DNA from: Schizochytrium sp. TIO01
Taxonomy: Eukaryota; Protista; Bigyra: Labyrinthulomycetes
Assembly: GCA_004764695.1 (NCBI GenBank)
Contig: SMSO01000014.1
Location: forward strand, 6,872,029-6,936,028
Direction of reading: 5' to 3'
Length of the DNA: 64,000 bases
This document shows positions 11,169 to 22,470 of the stretch, piece by piece. How positions within the stretch are numbered: the first letter of the stretch is position 1; each line of letters starts with the position of its first letter. The notes beneath the pieces were generated by a model that was not told where the DNA came from, searched no databases, and worked only from the letters and a program-made list of their open reading frames with translations. The position numbers and the translations under genes were made by a program.

Positions 11169-12537
11169 TTGTAATGAATAGAGACAATATTGCGTACTAT
11201 TGTCAAGTAAAAGTCTTTGTTAGAGCAAAATCCTTGAGCACATTAATACAATTATGTTAAATACAAGTTCCTTTAATGTTATTGGAAACAAAAACATTTG
11301 CTTGCATTTGTCTATAAAAATGTTCTAAAATAGCAGGATAGTGTACAAAACGTCGAACGTCTACAGATTCGTCAACTTAATTCAGGCATAGGTGAAATTG
11401 TGAGAAAAATTATCTGGAAAATTCCCAAGCATTTATTTGCTATCATTTGTACCTTGTCAAAAATTCATCGCTAGCACCATCTCGTACCATTGATATTATT
11501 TCAGGGAACCCTAATTCTGAATTTATATCGAGATTAGTGGAGCAAAAGTTGAGAACAAGAAGATAATTTGTCCCATTACTTACCCTTGAATGTTTTCAGT
11601 TTCATTATACGAAATTACTGAAATATTAATCTTGTAGCTATCCATCAACAATTATATTTGCCTTGTACATCAGAGATTTAATATCATATTATGTTAATGC
11701 CCAATGCCATATGCCATGAAGTGAAACAAATTAACTGTTGACCTAAGAAATGCTGGGAAGCATTTTCGAATTATTCATATGATAGGATAGGAAGGTGATT
11801 GAAATCCAAAAGTGCAGAATTTGATTATGCAACCTTGTATACTACTGCCTTTAGCAATAACGACTCTTTTTATCACGAATAGTCTAACAAAATTTGCTAC
11901 CAAAAGCTTCCTTACCCCTTATCCCCATAGCTTCGAGCTTCTCCATCTCTTGATCTTGAGGCTAGATTTTACTAGCTAGTGTCTCATAACGTTTGAATAA
12001 CTGTTTGTTATTAGCGGTTCAAATTCTCAAGAGGGTACACACCCATATCTCCTTCAACGGATATATCTCCTATTTTCCAAGGATTAAAAATAACACTTGT
12101 TGTGATGATAACTTTTTCTTTTTTTTTAAGGAGCTAAAAGAAGACAGATGGCTCCATTTTGCTCCTGTTTGTTCTTAAGCGAAAACTGTTTATTCAAGCT
12201 GGTGCCTTGCTCTGCACGAATCAACACTGTTCGCGAAACTCATCGAATTGGCCCTTTCTTTAATAGTATAATTCATTATACCCCGTAGCGAGAGTCTTCA
12301 GCGTTTTTAAAATTGAAACTTGCTACTAGGTAGCTTTAACTTTGAATGTAATTTGGAATATATTGCTATGTGATCTGTGGCATTGCGTAATTAGGTCGTT
12401 TATAGCAAACAGTGCAAGTTGCAGCTTTAAAGAAAAAGCGACGACACTACGAAGCAAAAAAAATAGCAAAGCAATACAGCCTTGTACGAAGGCTTATTGC
12501 GCGTGCTTGGTGCTTTCGCACGAGCTCACGAAGAAAG

Positions 12538-14721
12538 ATGAGCTCGCAGGGCTCGAGGGCGAGCTCGCGCAGTAGTTTATCTAGCAAAGCGACGATTGAA
12601 TCAGCACGAAGCCGGCAATCCTCTGCAAGTACATACAGTGACAATGTGCGAGTGATTGTACGATGCAGACCGCTCAGTGAAAACGAAGCATCGCGCGGAG
12701 AGGACGAAGTTGTCCATGTAGATGGAGATGATACAGTGAGGCTCGTCCTTGGAGCACTTGGTGCAACGCGAAGCCAGAAAAAGTATCGATTCAACGCAGT
12801 TATGGGCCCAGCATGCTCTCAGAACGATTTTTTTGAAGCTTCTGGAGTCAAAGCTCTTCTAGAATCTGCCTTGGATGGATATGCTGCAACTGTCTTTGCA
12901 TATGGTCAGACAGGGTCTGGTAAGACTTATAGTATGAGTGGCTACGAAGAGCAAATTGCTAATGATTCTTATGTAGCAGACACGCAAGCAGATGGTCTCA
13001 TTCCACGTTCGATGAACTATATATTTCACAGAATTAAAGGCATGGATTGCTCATATCGACTTAAGGCATCATATTGCGAAATCTACAATGAGCAGGTTTT
13101 TGATTTACTCAATTTGACATCGACTAGCTTGCCCGTTAGATGGAAGCCCGGAAAAGGCTTCTTTGTACAAGATCTTTTTGTAGTAGAATGCCAGAGTCTT
13201 GAAGATGTGATGGAAGTAGTCTGTGAAGGACATCGGAATCGGCGTGTTGGCTCGCATGAGATGAACAAAGACTCTAGCCGCAGTCATAGTATTTTAACTC
13301 TTTATATCGAGTCAGAGACAACGGATCCAGAGGACGGCCATGCTGTTGTAAAGTTCGGTAAAATTGTGTTTTGTGACCTTGCAGGAAGTGAGCGTCTTAA
13401 GGACACCAAGTCAGCAGGTTTAACTTTGACAGAGACCGGTGCCATCAACAAATCCTTATTTGCGCTCAGTAATGTAATTGCCGCACTGTCGTCACCTGGT
13501 GCGTCTTCAAACTATGCTGTCTCAAGCCCGAATGCCACACATATTCCATATCGCGACTCGAAACTGACCAAGTTATTGATGGATTCTTTGGGAGGATCAA
13601 GTCTTACTCTTATGATTTGTTGTTGTTCTCCGGCAGCTACATATGCTGAGGAAACACTTAGCACTCTTCAATATGCGCATCGAGCATCAAAGATTAAAAA
13701 CAAGCCAACAATTCACCTTGATGGTAAAGAACAGCTCATTGCTCGCTTAAGGGAGGAAATCAAGCTCCTAAAACTTGAAAACGCATACTTAAGAGAGCAA
13801 GTAGCTGGGAACACAACAATTGTGTCAGCTTCATCACTACCTATGTCACCTCTTTTTCCTGGAGGGCCAGAAACCTCCACAGATCGACTGCTGAATTCCG
13901 AGTCTGCTCTACCCCAAATTGGCAGATCTAGCTCGCAAACGGAACATGAAAGCTCACATCTAGTTCCACCTGGGCTGAATATACCTTTTGGCAATTCAAT
14001 GCCCCCGTCGGGACCATCCTCACCTTCACGGAGTGGAAAGACATCACCTAAAAAAGCATCTCTCATGCAGCGTCATCAGCAGGCTCAAATTCAGGCTCAG
14101 CAAACCTACAATCAGTCCCCCGTTTCAATTAGTGCAACTACTTCAAACCATGCAATGTTGCAACAGCTACAACAGCAACAAGGCAATATTGATCAAATGA
14201 TTGTTGGTTTCCAGCGAGAGATCCAACGCTTGAAGTCCGAAAATCGTGAGATTCGCACGAGAGAGTTCACCTCTGATCGAAATTATCAAAATGCCATGCT
14301 AGAGAATGAGCGCCTAACGCAAAAGCTCGAGCACCTTGAGGAGGTATTTGTACATGATTCTAACTTGCCGATGGCAAGAAACGAGAGAGATCAACTTTAT
14401 ACAGCAAATGCACGTTTACAGCAGCAGGTGGAACATCTCAAGCGGCTCGTAAACGACGCTAACAGCAATCGGAGTGAAGATGCCGAGCCTTTACGTTCTG
14501 AGAACAATTATTTACGGAAGGTGATTGCTGACATGAAGCATCGTGAGTTGGCACTACAAGCTGATCTTCAAAGAATGTCAAAGCAGTCACAAATCTCATC
14601 GCGAATTCTACCTAACCAGCAGCAAGTACTGCAGCCACAAGGGATCCAACAACAGTTTATTGATGAGCGTCTTGATGAAGGTGTTGAACACAAGAACTCC
14701 GATAACTTCCTATTCAACTAG
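12538..14721 (+). CDS. Kinesin, kinesin-16/KIF12-like, N-terminal motor plus coiled-coil tail
   Basis: VRCRP, P-loop AYGQTGSGKT, switch I SSRSH, switch II DLAGSE, HIPYRDSKLT. The LPVRW...GFFV..L.VVE segment is typical of KIF12. First ATG at 12538. Confidence 0.93.
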   Translation: MSSQGSRASSRSSLSSKATIESARSRQSSASTYSDNVRVIVRCRPLSENEASRGEDEVVHVDGDDTVRLVLGALGATRSQKKYRFNAVMGPACSQNDFFEASGVKALLESALDGYAATVFAYGQTGSGKTYSMSGYEEQIANDSYVADTQADGLIPRSMNYIFHRIKGMDCSYRLKASYCEIYNEQVFDLLNLTSTSLPVRWKPGKGFFVQDLFVVECQSLEDVMEVVCEGHRNRRVGSHEMNKDSSRSHSILTLYIESETTDPEDGHAVVKFGKIVFCDLAGSERLKDTKSAGLTLTETGAINKSLFALSNVIAALSSPGASSNYAVSSPNATHIPYRDSKLTKLLMDSLGGSSLTLMICCCSPAATYAEETLSTLQYAHRASKIKNKPTIHLDGKEQLIARLREEIKLLKLENAYLREQVAGNTTIVSASSLPMSPLFPGGPETSTDRLLNSESALPQIGRSSSQTEHESSHLVPPGLNIPFGNSMPPSGPSSPSRSGKTSPKKASLMQRHQQAQIQAQQTYNQSPVSISATTSNHAMLQQLQQQQGNIDQMIVGFQREIQRLKSENREIRTREFTSDRNYQNAMLENERLTQKLEHLEEVFVHDSNLPMARNERDQLYTANARLQQQVEHLKRLVNDANSNRSEDAEPLRSENNYLRKVIADMKHRELALQADLQRMSKQSQISSRILPNQQQVLQPQGIQQQFIDERLDEGVEHKNSDNFLFN

Positions 14722-15079
14722 TAAAAATGGTACGTGAACTATTTTGTTCTCATCAATAAGCCTCTGTAACCCATATACATTTGAATACTAGTTTAAACTC
14801 CCTTTTTCATTTAACAACCTTTTGATGCCTTATTTCATTGTAGGGGGAAGAATAAACTTCTTGATGTGCATACAGTTATCCACATTTTTGGTTCAAATAC
14901 TATCTTGAATTATTTGTGAAGTTTATCAAGCGGGCTTGCATTGTCCAAAAAATCAGAGGAAAACAGAAGCGCTTCTAATATAATTGAAAGACAAAATATT
15001 GATGAAATGAATAATATTCACTTTTCATATAGGTAAGTGTCTGGAGGTCAATTTATTTCTATTCCATGTATAAGTCAAG

Positions 15080-17185
15080 CTACGGCTCTTCAACTTGGTC
15101 CCAAATAGTCTCGACCATCTTGCGAATACGCTGAAGCTCATCATACATTTGCTCGTTGTCAATATTTTGAAGTTGAGTTGAAGGTAGAATGCCTCTCTGC
15201 AGAGCTGCGGCTTCTCGCTTACGTGAATTGTAAATTTGTTTTAGAACTTGCACACTTTTAGTGCGGAATGCGAGTTTGATTACATGCTTTTTGAAGCGTT
15301 TATAAGTCTCTGGAAATGCACCAGTTTTGAAAATCTCAAGGAGGGCGCGTCTAGAAAGCTTGTGTACTTCTACAAAAGTGCAAGTAAGACAGTGATAGCG
15401 CCGTCGTGCATTTGTAAGAATCATATCCTCGCCAATAGTGTCTCCATGCATAAGTATGACCTTTTCTGCAGCGTTGAGAGTGGAGGTAAGGTCTATATGC
15501 TTTATACCTCCGTTTTCTTTATTTTCTGTCTGCGCTTGTAGAAAATCAGATGGAATCCCTTCATCTTCTGAAATACGTTCTGGAGGTGTAAAATATGACC
15601 TATTCATCATGACCACACCTCTTTCGATGATATACAACTCTCTTGAGACTTCCCCAGGTCTAATAATTCGTTCTTGAGGTGGAAAAATACCCTGTACAAG
15701 TGCAGCAGACAAAGATGTAATGAAAGATCTCCGTTCAAACTCAGTCGTACAATGAATAAAGGGAAGCTTCACAACCCACTTTGCGTTAACCCTTCGAAAT
15801 ACCTCCCCCCGCATTTCAGGTGACATTTCGCTTAGCAGCTGATGATAGTGTTCATTACGATACTGCTTCGCAGTATAATGAAAATAGCCTCGAATTTTTA
15901 CGCGTAAGTCATTTGGAAGTTTCTGCTCCTCCATAAACACGTTAATATCATCAATTTTACGATGTAGCTGTGCTGTAAGCTCGCCCATACTAGCTACGAG
16001 GCCACATACCGAACCCACAATGTATGCATACGCTGCTCCACCTACCATCATTGCAAAAATGACAAACCATCTCTCTGCAGTAGTTTTGGGAACAACATCA
16101 CCGTAGCCAATTGTAGTCACAGTCATGACAGCCCAATAGAGAGCGGCATTATATTGCTGTAAGATGGTGACGCTTGAAAAATCAACGCCAATAGCATTTT
16201 GAAAGTAGGCTTCAAGCCAGCTCTCGATATCATCTTCCCCAAAACTTAATCCATGAGGCACTTCCATGGTGGCAGCAAGTTTGAATAAACACGCTAACCA
16301 GTGTGAAAGAAGCAACATGTATAAAACAAACTTGCACAACGTTAAAGTGCCGTAGTTAATTGACACGTGAGTCTCCCAGCGCTTCAAGACCCTGCTTGCA
16401 CGAAAGATACGCAAGAGCTTAGCAAGACGCAGTAGGCGAACCATACGTAGCATGTCAAACGGGAGTACTGAGGCCAGGTCAATCAAAAACCACGTGCGAA
16501 TGTAATTAAAGGCAATCCGAGGATGACTGTGCACCCATACACCTTGGGATGATTGATATGGTGTAATAAAATTAAAAATGATATCAATATAGAAAATGAT
16601 ATCAATAATTTGATCAAGGACCTCGAGTGGTCCTGGCGAACTTAGAAAACCCACTTCAAAGGGCGTCACAATTGAAACAAACAGTAACGCAAAAATTACG
16701 ACAATATCCCAGCGATTTCGCACGCTCCCGCTTGGATCCAAGAGGAAACGTGAGTGTTTTTTGGAGTTACCCTGGGATGCAAACGATTGATGCTTCAATT
16801 TCTCCTCCTCATCTGCAACACGTTCGAGGCGACTTATTATCGTTCCGCTGATTTTACGTTCGGATAGCTGTGGACTTAATTCTGTAATTCTTCGTTTAGT
16901 AGATGGGTGCACGCATGACTCGGCTAGAGGAACAATTTTGCGCGAGCCAAGAGTCGCGGGGTTGTGATTTGACTTTCGACTTCCTTGCGATCTTCCACTC
17001 CCAGTCTGGTCATGTTCTCTCATTGAATATGATGACACAGCGCCAGGAGGTAAAACTTCGAAGCTTTTGCGGAATTGGGAATTTTTGGTGGCGCCAGACG
17101 AGAACTTGCCATCTTGCTCTGTCCCTGAACGCCGCATTGCTTCTTGTGTAGCCTTTTTCGTGTCTGCAATGGCTTGGTTGAACAT
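15080..17185 (-). CDS. Six-TM voltage-gated K+ channel with cyclic-nucleotide-binding (homology) domain (KCNH/HCN/CNG superfamily), 701 aa
   Basis: S4 LRMVRLLRLAKLLRIFRASR, pore LYWAVMTVTTIGYGD, C-linker LPNDLRVKIRGYFHY, CNBD FPPQERIIRPGE...LYIIERG...GEDMIL. Confidence 0.93.
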   Translation of the reverse strand: MFNQAIADTKKATQEAMRRSGTEQDGKFSSGATKNSQFRKSFEVLPPGAVSSYSMREHDQTGSGRSQGSRKSNHNPATLGSRKIVPLAESCVHPSTKRRITELSPQLSERKISGTIISRLERVADEEEKLKHQSFASQGNSKKHSRFLLDPSGSVRNRWDIVVIFALLFVSIVTPFEVGFLSSPGPLEVLDQIIDIIFYIDIIFNFITPYQSSQGVWVHSHPRIAFNYIRTWFLIDLASVLPFDMLRMVRLLRLAKLLRIFRASRVLKRWETHVSINYGTLTLCKFVLYMLLLSHWLACLFKLAATMEVPHGLSFGEDDIESWLEAYFQNAIGVDFSSVTILQQYNAALYWAVMTVTTIGYGDVVPKTTAERWFVIFAMMVGGAAYAYIVGSVCGLVASMGELTAQLHRKIDDINVFMEEQKLPNDLRVKIRGYFHYTAKQYRNEHYHQLLSEMSPEMRGEVFRRVNAKWVVKLPFIHCTTEFERRSFITSLSAALVQGIFPPQERIIRPGEVSRELYIIERGVVMMNRSYFTPPERISEDEGIPSDFLQAQTENKENGGIKHIDLTSTLNAAEKVILMHGDTIGEDMILTNARRRYHCLTCTFVEVHKLSRRALLEIFKTGAFPETYKRFKKHVIKLAFRTKSVQVLKQIYNSRKREAAALQRGILPSTQLQNIDNEQMYDELQRIRKMVETIWDQVEEP

Positions 17186-18049
17186 TGCGCAAGCAGAACT
17201 CGCGGCTCAAGGTTAGCTTATTGAAACATCAACCAGAAGACTCCTCCATTTACATCCACTGTTTGCCTCTCCAAGTTTGTGTAAGTGGCGCAGCGAGGTT
17301 TTCGTTTAGTTCGTTCTGCGCGAACTCTCCTGTTCAAACTACGCGTTGCTGCAGTACAGGCTTCCGCAGCAGCGGTAGTAGCAGCAGCAATCACAAGTAG
17401 GTTGTAGACGAAACAATTATCCTGGCCCTTCGCACGATTTTGGCGGTCTTTCCTGGAATTATTGCTCTGCAGCTAGTCTTCAACGTTATTGAGATCACTT
17501 CGTCTATGCTAACATTCAAAAAGTGATCCAGCTGCATTATTGGCCACCCACTATTTCTCAAGAGTCCAACTGATGATATATGTGACCTAATCACATATGT
17601 TAGATAGGTAGATAGGTAGATAGGTGAGGCGTCAAGTGAATTCAGAAAATCACAACTGTAGAGAAGGGGTATCAGCATTGTTAAAGTTGATAGCTTCGTT
17701 CTAAGGGTTATATAATCTAACGGTATAAAAATAATGGCTTAACATTTAACTATTGAGTACCTACTTTAGCCTTTATTCCTTAGTCCTTGTTATTCTTAGT
17801 AATACTCCAACGCCTATGTGCAGCCAGCAAAACAACCCTCCTTCTTCTTTCCACTCTTGTGTCTCAGTGAGAAAAGATGTGTATCTGGTAAGGTAAGAAT
17901 GGCTGAGTTCCCTTGTTTCCATTGGTGAGTAATATTACATTTGTGTGACAAATTGGAAAAAAGAAAAAAGAAAAAAAAAGGGTGTCAGGGGTACTTACCA
18001 TACTACAAGCCTATCAGAGGGTTGCTTATGTGCATTCTGACAGCGAGTA

Positions 18050-18085
18050 TGACCAAACGAAGAGACCTGACCAAACGAAGAGACC
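18050..18085 (+). repeat. Perfect 18-bp tandem duplication (tgaccaaacgaagagacc x2)
   Basis: Read directly from the sequence in an intergenic region. Confidence 0.9.
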
Positions 18086-20475
18086 TGCCATGATTATGAA
18101 GGTTTGAGAGCGCTTCAGAATTGAAAAGTGAAGTTTGCGCATCAATTTTTTATAAGGTGTTTGAGACCCTTTGGCTGTGACGCAATTTTCACTTGACGTC
18201 ATACTCTGCAATGGTTTCAGGAAACCAACATAAGTCGGTGTTGCAATAATATGTCGCACACCCGCGCCGAGTCTAGTGGCCATGTATCCTAAGTTGATTT
18301 ATTAGTTCATGTCCATGGTTTACTTTAACATATGAACTAAGAATTAAAATTTTGACTGTCACAGTTTTCGTTGATGAAACGCCAGGAAAGAAAGGCGACT
18401 GAGAAGCAAAGCGAGGGAGACAGAAATCAGGGTTGTTCTCAGCTCCTCCTACAAGGAGGTAAACCTCTTCAAAGGTATATATACAAGAAGCTCTTATAGG
18501 CCAATCCCTTTAAATAAAAGGAAAATCCCGGGGGTGCTATGGTTTAAACTTGCAAGGTGAGTAATAGCAACTCTCAAGAGGATTTGTTTGTTTGCATGAA
18601 TGTATCTGGACCTAATCAGCATACTCCATTATTTGTCCTACACTCCTCAACCCTCTCTGTTCGAAGGTAGGAAAACAAGAAAATGCCTTTGTGCCAAAAT
18701 GGCCACTAGCATTAGCAAAATATTTCCTTGGGGAGTACTGAATATAAAGTTATAAACTTAAATTAATTCATACACTTGAGAGATAAAAGTAAGTCTAGAA
18801 TAAGTTTATGCACGATATTTGTGAAGGATTGGTCAGCAAGGTTAGGAGTTTCGCATCGCGTTCTACTACTAGGACTACTTTTTTTTTTTTTTTTTTTTCA
18901 AAATTCTGACGTGATTTCATTCCGCATACTAGAGAATTTTAAACATTCAAGTTGGAAAGATCTACGATGAATGGTGCAAAGAGTGCGATAGAAAATAAAC
19001 TACACTATTATATAAATGTTAGCCTTCCTTTGGATGTTGAACAGGAGGGCTGCATCAGTCTGTCTTGAGAAGAGGCTGATTACATATAAATGATAAACAC
19101 ATCAACGCTCTCTTCTCGATTTGAGTTGAGGAAGCAACGGGGTATCTTGACCACTGATCAATCCTGCCACGAATCAATCGTGCCTGAAGTAACAGATGGA
19201 TTATGGAGGGCAAAAATGGAGAGAAGTTGAGAAGAAAGAATGACACCAAGAAGCAGAAGAGCTATGATACATCAATACATAAGCTATACCAAATAATGCA
19301 GTAAAGTGAGAAAAGCAAAACTGGATACCAAGCGCGGAGAAATGATCCTTTCCTTTTAGCAGGACTGGTTAAGAGGTGTGTACCCTGGTAGTCTCTGATA
19401 CGATCTTTCTACCATAAGTTATATATACTTATTAGAACATTTGGAACTGTGATGTTTTGTTTGTCTTTCAATGAGCAAAATTCTTCCAATTCAGGTTGTT
19501 GTATTGTCATGCGTGTTCGTTCGGCTTGTATAAAGTTTGTATTATCTATCTGTAACCCCGTCACCTTAGCTGGTAGCAAATCCATAAAGTATTTTAGGGA
19601 TAAGTTAATAAGCCTACATTTTTATTTTTCATTTCGGGATTTGGCGAAAAATAGAAAGGTCAAGAACCATGGTAGCCTCAAATCGCAATCGAGAAAACTA
19701 CAGCGTGCCGCTCAATCTACACCTTATAGGCTAGTCCCATTGCCTATAAGAATAAATCACGCCAAGCTCGTGTTGTTGCTCGAATTCCCAGGACGTTTCT
19801 AGCTACATAGTACATAGTAGGCGACAGTAGTGTGATAATGCAATATTTGTTATTACAAATAAAATAAAAATACATCCATTTCTTCACTATTATAGTGGAG
19901 GCTGGTGCGCAGACACTGGGAGTCCATTTCCTGGCGGACACTTGGGATTGTAGATGAAAACAATCCACTTGCACAAACTGTGCATATACTCTATGCGTAT
20001 GGAAGTTCTTTAACAGAAGCTAGGACTGATGCATCAAAGAGGCTATGCTTTTAGTATATTGCAATCAACCGTGCACGTGCTGTGAAGCTAAACCCAGGTC
20101 CGCAATCCGTCTAAGGCAAGGCGCACCAAGCTTTTGTGTAGCGAGGTCCGCCGCCAGAACGACTACTTGCTTGAGCACAGTGGGCGTGGATTGCTGTAGG
20201 CTACGTGAGGTGTCGGTCTTTGGCGGCCTTGTTAGTGCTATCCAAAAAGCTTGTCTTCCCAAGGCGTGGACTAGTCTTGCAAAGTAGCAATTACGCTTAA
20301 AACATAGCTTGGTTTGAGCGACAAATACTTGGAGAACTGCAAGGGTGAGCCTACACTCACGCGAATCCCTGAGGATTTGTAGAAGACTTTGAGCGAACAA
20401 TACTACAGAAATCTGTGATAGCAAGGGGCATTTTGCCTGCGTAAAACCTTGGCCACCTTTGGCTGCAAAGGAGAA

Positions 20476-22470
20476 ATGGAGCGACGCTCCACAACCTTTG
20501 TTGATATGAAATTGCGTGTCGGTACAGAGCCAGAAGGCCCACGACAAACCCTTATTAGGAGGAAGAGTGGGTTCAAGAGTGAACAAGGCGTTGGATACAC
20601 TGCTCGACACGGCGAGGACATTTTTTACGATTGTGATCCTTGCACGACACGGGATACAACACAGCCATCGGAGACCGAGACAACCGAAGCCCTTCCACGT
20701 GGTGAACAAATAAACTCAGACCAATGTAAGCCTCCCAAGTTGCATTTGGAGACTCCGCGTCTGCATATGTTGACCACTGACCTCACTGCGAAACCTCTGT
20801 TCAGTGCCATGGCTTCGCCACGGGGAGTACGAAAGCGGATAAAATGGTTCCTCTTACAGCATGCGCCAGAGGATGTTGGGCGCACTGAAAGTCTTATCAA
20901 TGTATTACGGAGTGGTAAGATCTCTGAAGAACAGCTTTTTGACGAGCTTCGTCGTGAAGTCCGTGCCAAGGTGGAAACTACTACCGGGCGCTCACCCACC
21001 GCTGATGGCATTGTTGGAGGTATGGAGAGTCCTCAAAGTCCTGATGTAGATCCAGTAGCGCTGATTCTTAATGTAGATGAACTATCATTCATTGACCATG
21101 GAGATATACAAGAGGAGGAAGAAGATGACGAAGAGGAAAATCTTGGAAGAGGAGGCCGAACCAATGGTGTTGAGGGCAGTAATCGAAAGACTCTCTCCTC
21201 TCGTGGCAACAATGAGTCTTCTTCTGCAGGTCAGCTAATAACTCGAGGTACTCGATCAGATCGTCGACTTCGAGTTCGCATGTATGTGGAGGAATCAAAA
21301 GCTTCAAGTTTTGACGGGTATAGTGTTGATGATGACCCCCCTACTGCTACAAGCTCAAGTTCACAGGAAGACATTGTAAGCCGGGACAGCTTTCGCACGG
21401 CATTCTCGTTGGATGACGATGATGCTTATGTTGCTTGGGCATCCACTCAGGCAATGACATTCGACTCGCTGCAGGTACGATTTTCAGATTCTGTACTTAT
21501 TCTTCGGACGGAGCCTTCTGGGTTACCTCTGAGTCCTGAATCAGGAAGTTTACAGCCGCCCCATGTTTGCAAAGAGAGTTCGAATGTATCTGAAGTGCAG
21601 AACTTCATCGCCCCGCGTAGGCGTGGCAAAAAGAAACGTCGCATTCGGCGCTTGTCACTTGCGGAGAAGTTCGATCTGTACGACTGGCGTAATGATTTGA
21701 TGCCGGACAAGTTTGCGGATCGTCACAAGGAGCACCTTCGGGAAAGGCGCGAGGCGGCAGAGCTAGGTCTGCTAAGAAACGATTATAATAGTCGTAATGT
21801 AGTTAAAGACAAGAACGAAGGATTTGAATCTGAGAGTGCCGCCATATTAGATGCATATGGTATACAAGACTCCCAGATGTCTCCTCAATCTCCAGGCTCA
21901 AAGTCGGCCTTCACTTCACCTGTTATATCTTCCAAGCGCGCACCTACTGGACGTGGACTTGGCTCAAGCTCCGCAAAGCTGTCTTCGACATCCTTTGGCT
22001 TTGCGATACGAAGTGCAGCTACGCCATCTTACGCTACATCGAAGCAACGTCAGCGTCATGACGCTGAGTATAGTCAGACTACGGTGTCTGCAGAACCGCG
22101 ATCTGAGGCAAACTTTGACGAAGATATGTATGAGAGCACTCCCATCAAAAGGAGTGATGCTATCACAGCAATTGTACCGTCTTTGTCAATGGGCTCAGTC
22201 AAGTTCAGTCCGAACTTCATGCTGTCCAGTAAATTTGCGGTGGCCTCTAGCTCTGAAGCGCCAGCTGATTCTAAAGATCCGCGTCAGTCTTTGCCAGTAA
22301 AGCCAGAGAGACGTTCGTGGAATATCTTTCGTACTCCGCGACCGACGTTCAGCATTTCGAGAGGCACGCGAAATCTTCCACGGGTATCATCTAAAGGGCA
22401 CACTATATCTCGTTCAAGTCAAGAGGAAGAATCCGACTCCAATTCAGGTCACACTTACGTTGTTGTCTAA
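20476..22470 (+). CDS. Uncharacterised, largely disordered Ser-rich protein (~664 aa) with one small helical domain
   Basis: 2-kb ORF from ATG 20476 with acidic and Ser-rich tracts. Helical segment RKRIKWFLLQHAPEDVGRTESLINVLRSGKISEEQLFDELRRE. Basic RRRGKKKRRIRR is NLS-like. Confidence 0.75.
   Translation: MERRSTTFVDMKLRVGTEPEGPRQTLIRRKSGFKSEQGVGYTARHGEDIFYDCDPCTTRDTTQPSETETTEALPRGEQINSDQCKPPKLHLETPRLHMLTTDLTAKPLFSAMASPRGVRKRIKWFLLQHAPEDVGRTESLINVLRSGKISEEQLFDELRREVRAKVETTTGRSPTADGIVGGMESPQSPDVDPVALILNVDELSFIDHGDIQEEEEDDEEENLGRGGRTNGVEGSNRKTLSSRGNNESSSAGQLITRGTRSDRRLRVRMYVEESKASSFDGYSVDDDPPTATSSSSQEDIVSRDSFRTAFSLDDDDAYVAWASTQAMTFDSLQVRFSDSVLILRTEPSGLPLSPESGSLQPPHVCKESSNVSEVQNFIAPRRRGKKKRRIRRLSLAEKFDLYDWRNDLMPDKFADRHKEHLRERREAAELGLLRNDYNSRNVVKDKNEGFESESAAILDAYGIQDSQMSPQSPGSKSAFTSPVISSKRAPTGRGLGSSSAKLSSTSFGFAIRSAATPSYATSKQRQRHDAEYSQTTVSAEPRSEANFDEDMYESTPIKRSDAITAIVPSLSMGSVKFSPNFMLSSKFAVASSSEAPADSKDPRQSLPVKPERRSWNIFRTPRPTFSISRGTRNLPRVSSKGHTISRSSQEEESDSNSGHTYVVV

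Noticed and set aside
19120-19230. PEVTDGLW peptide in an intergenic frame
   Set aside because: Isolated 5-residue PP2C-like match without flanking motifs; likely chance.
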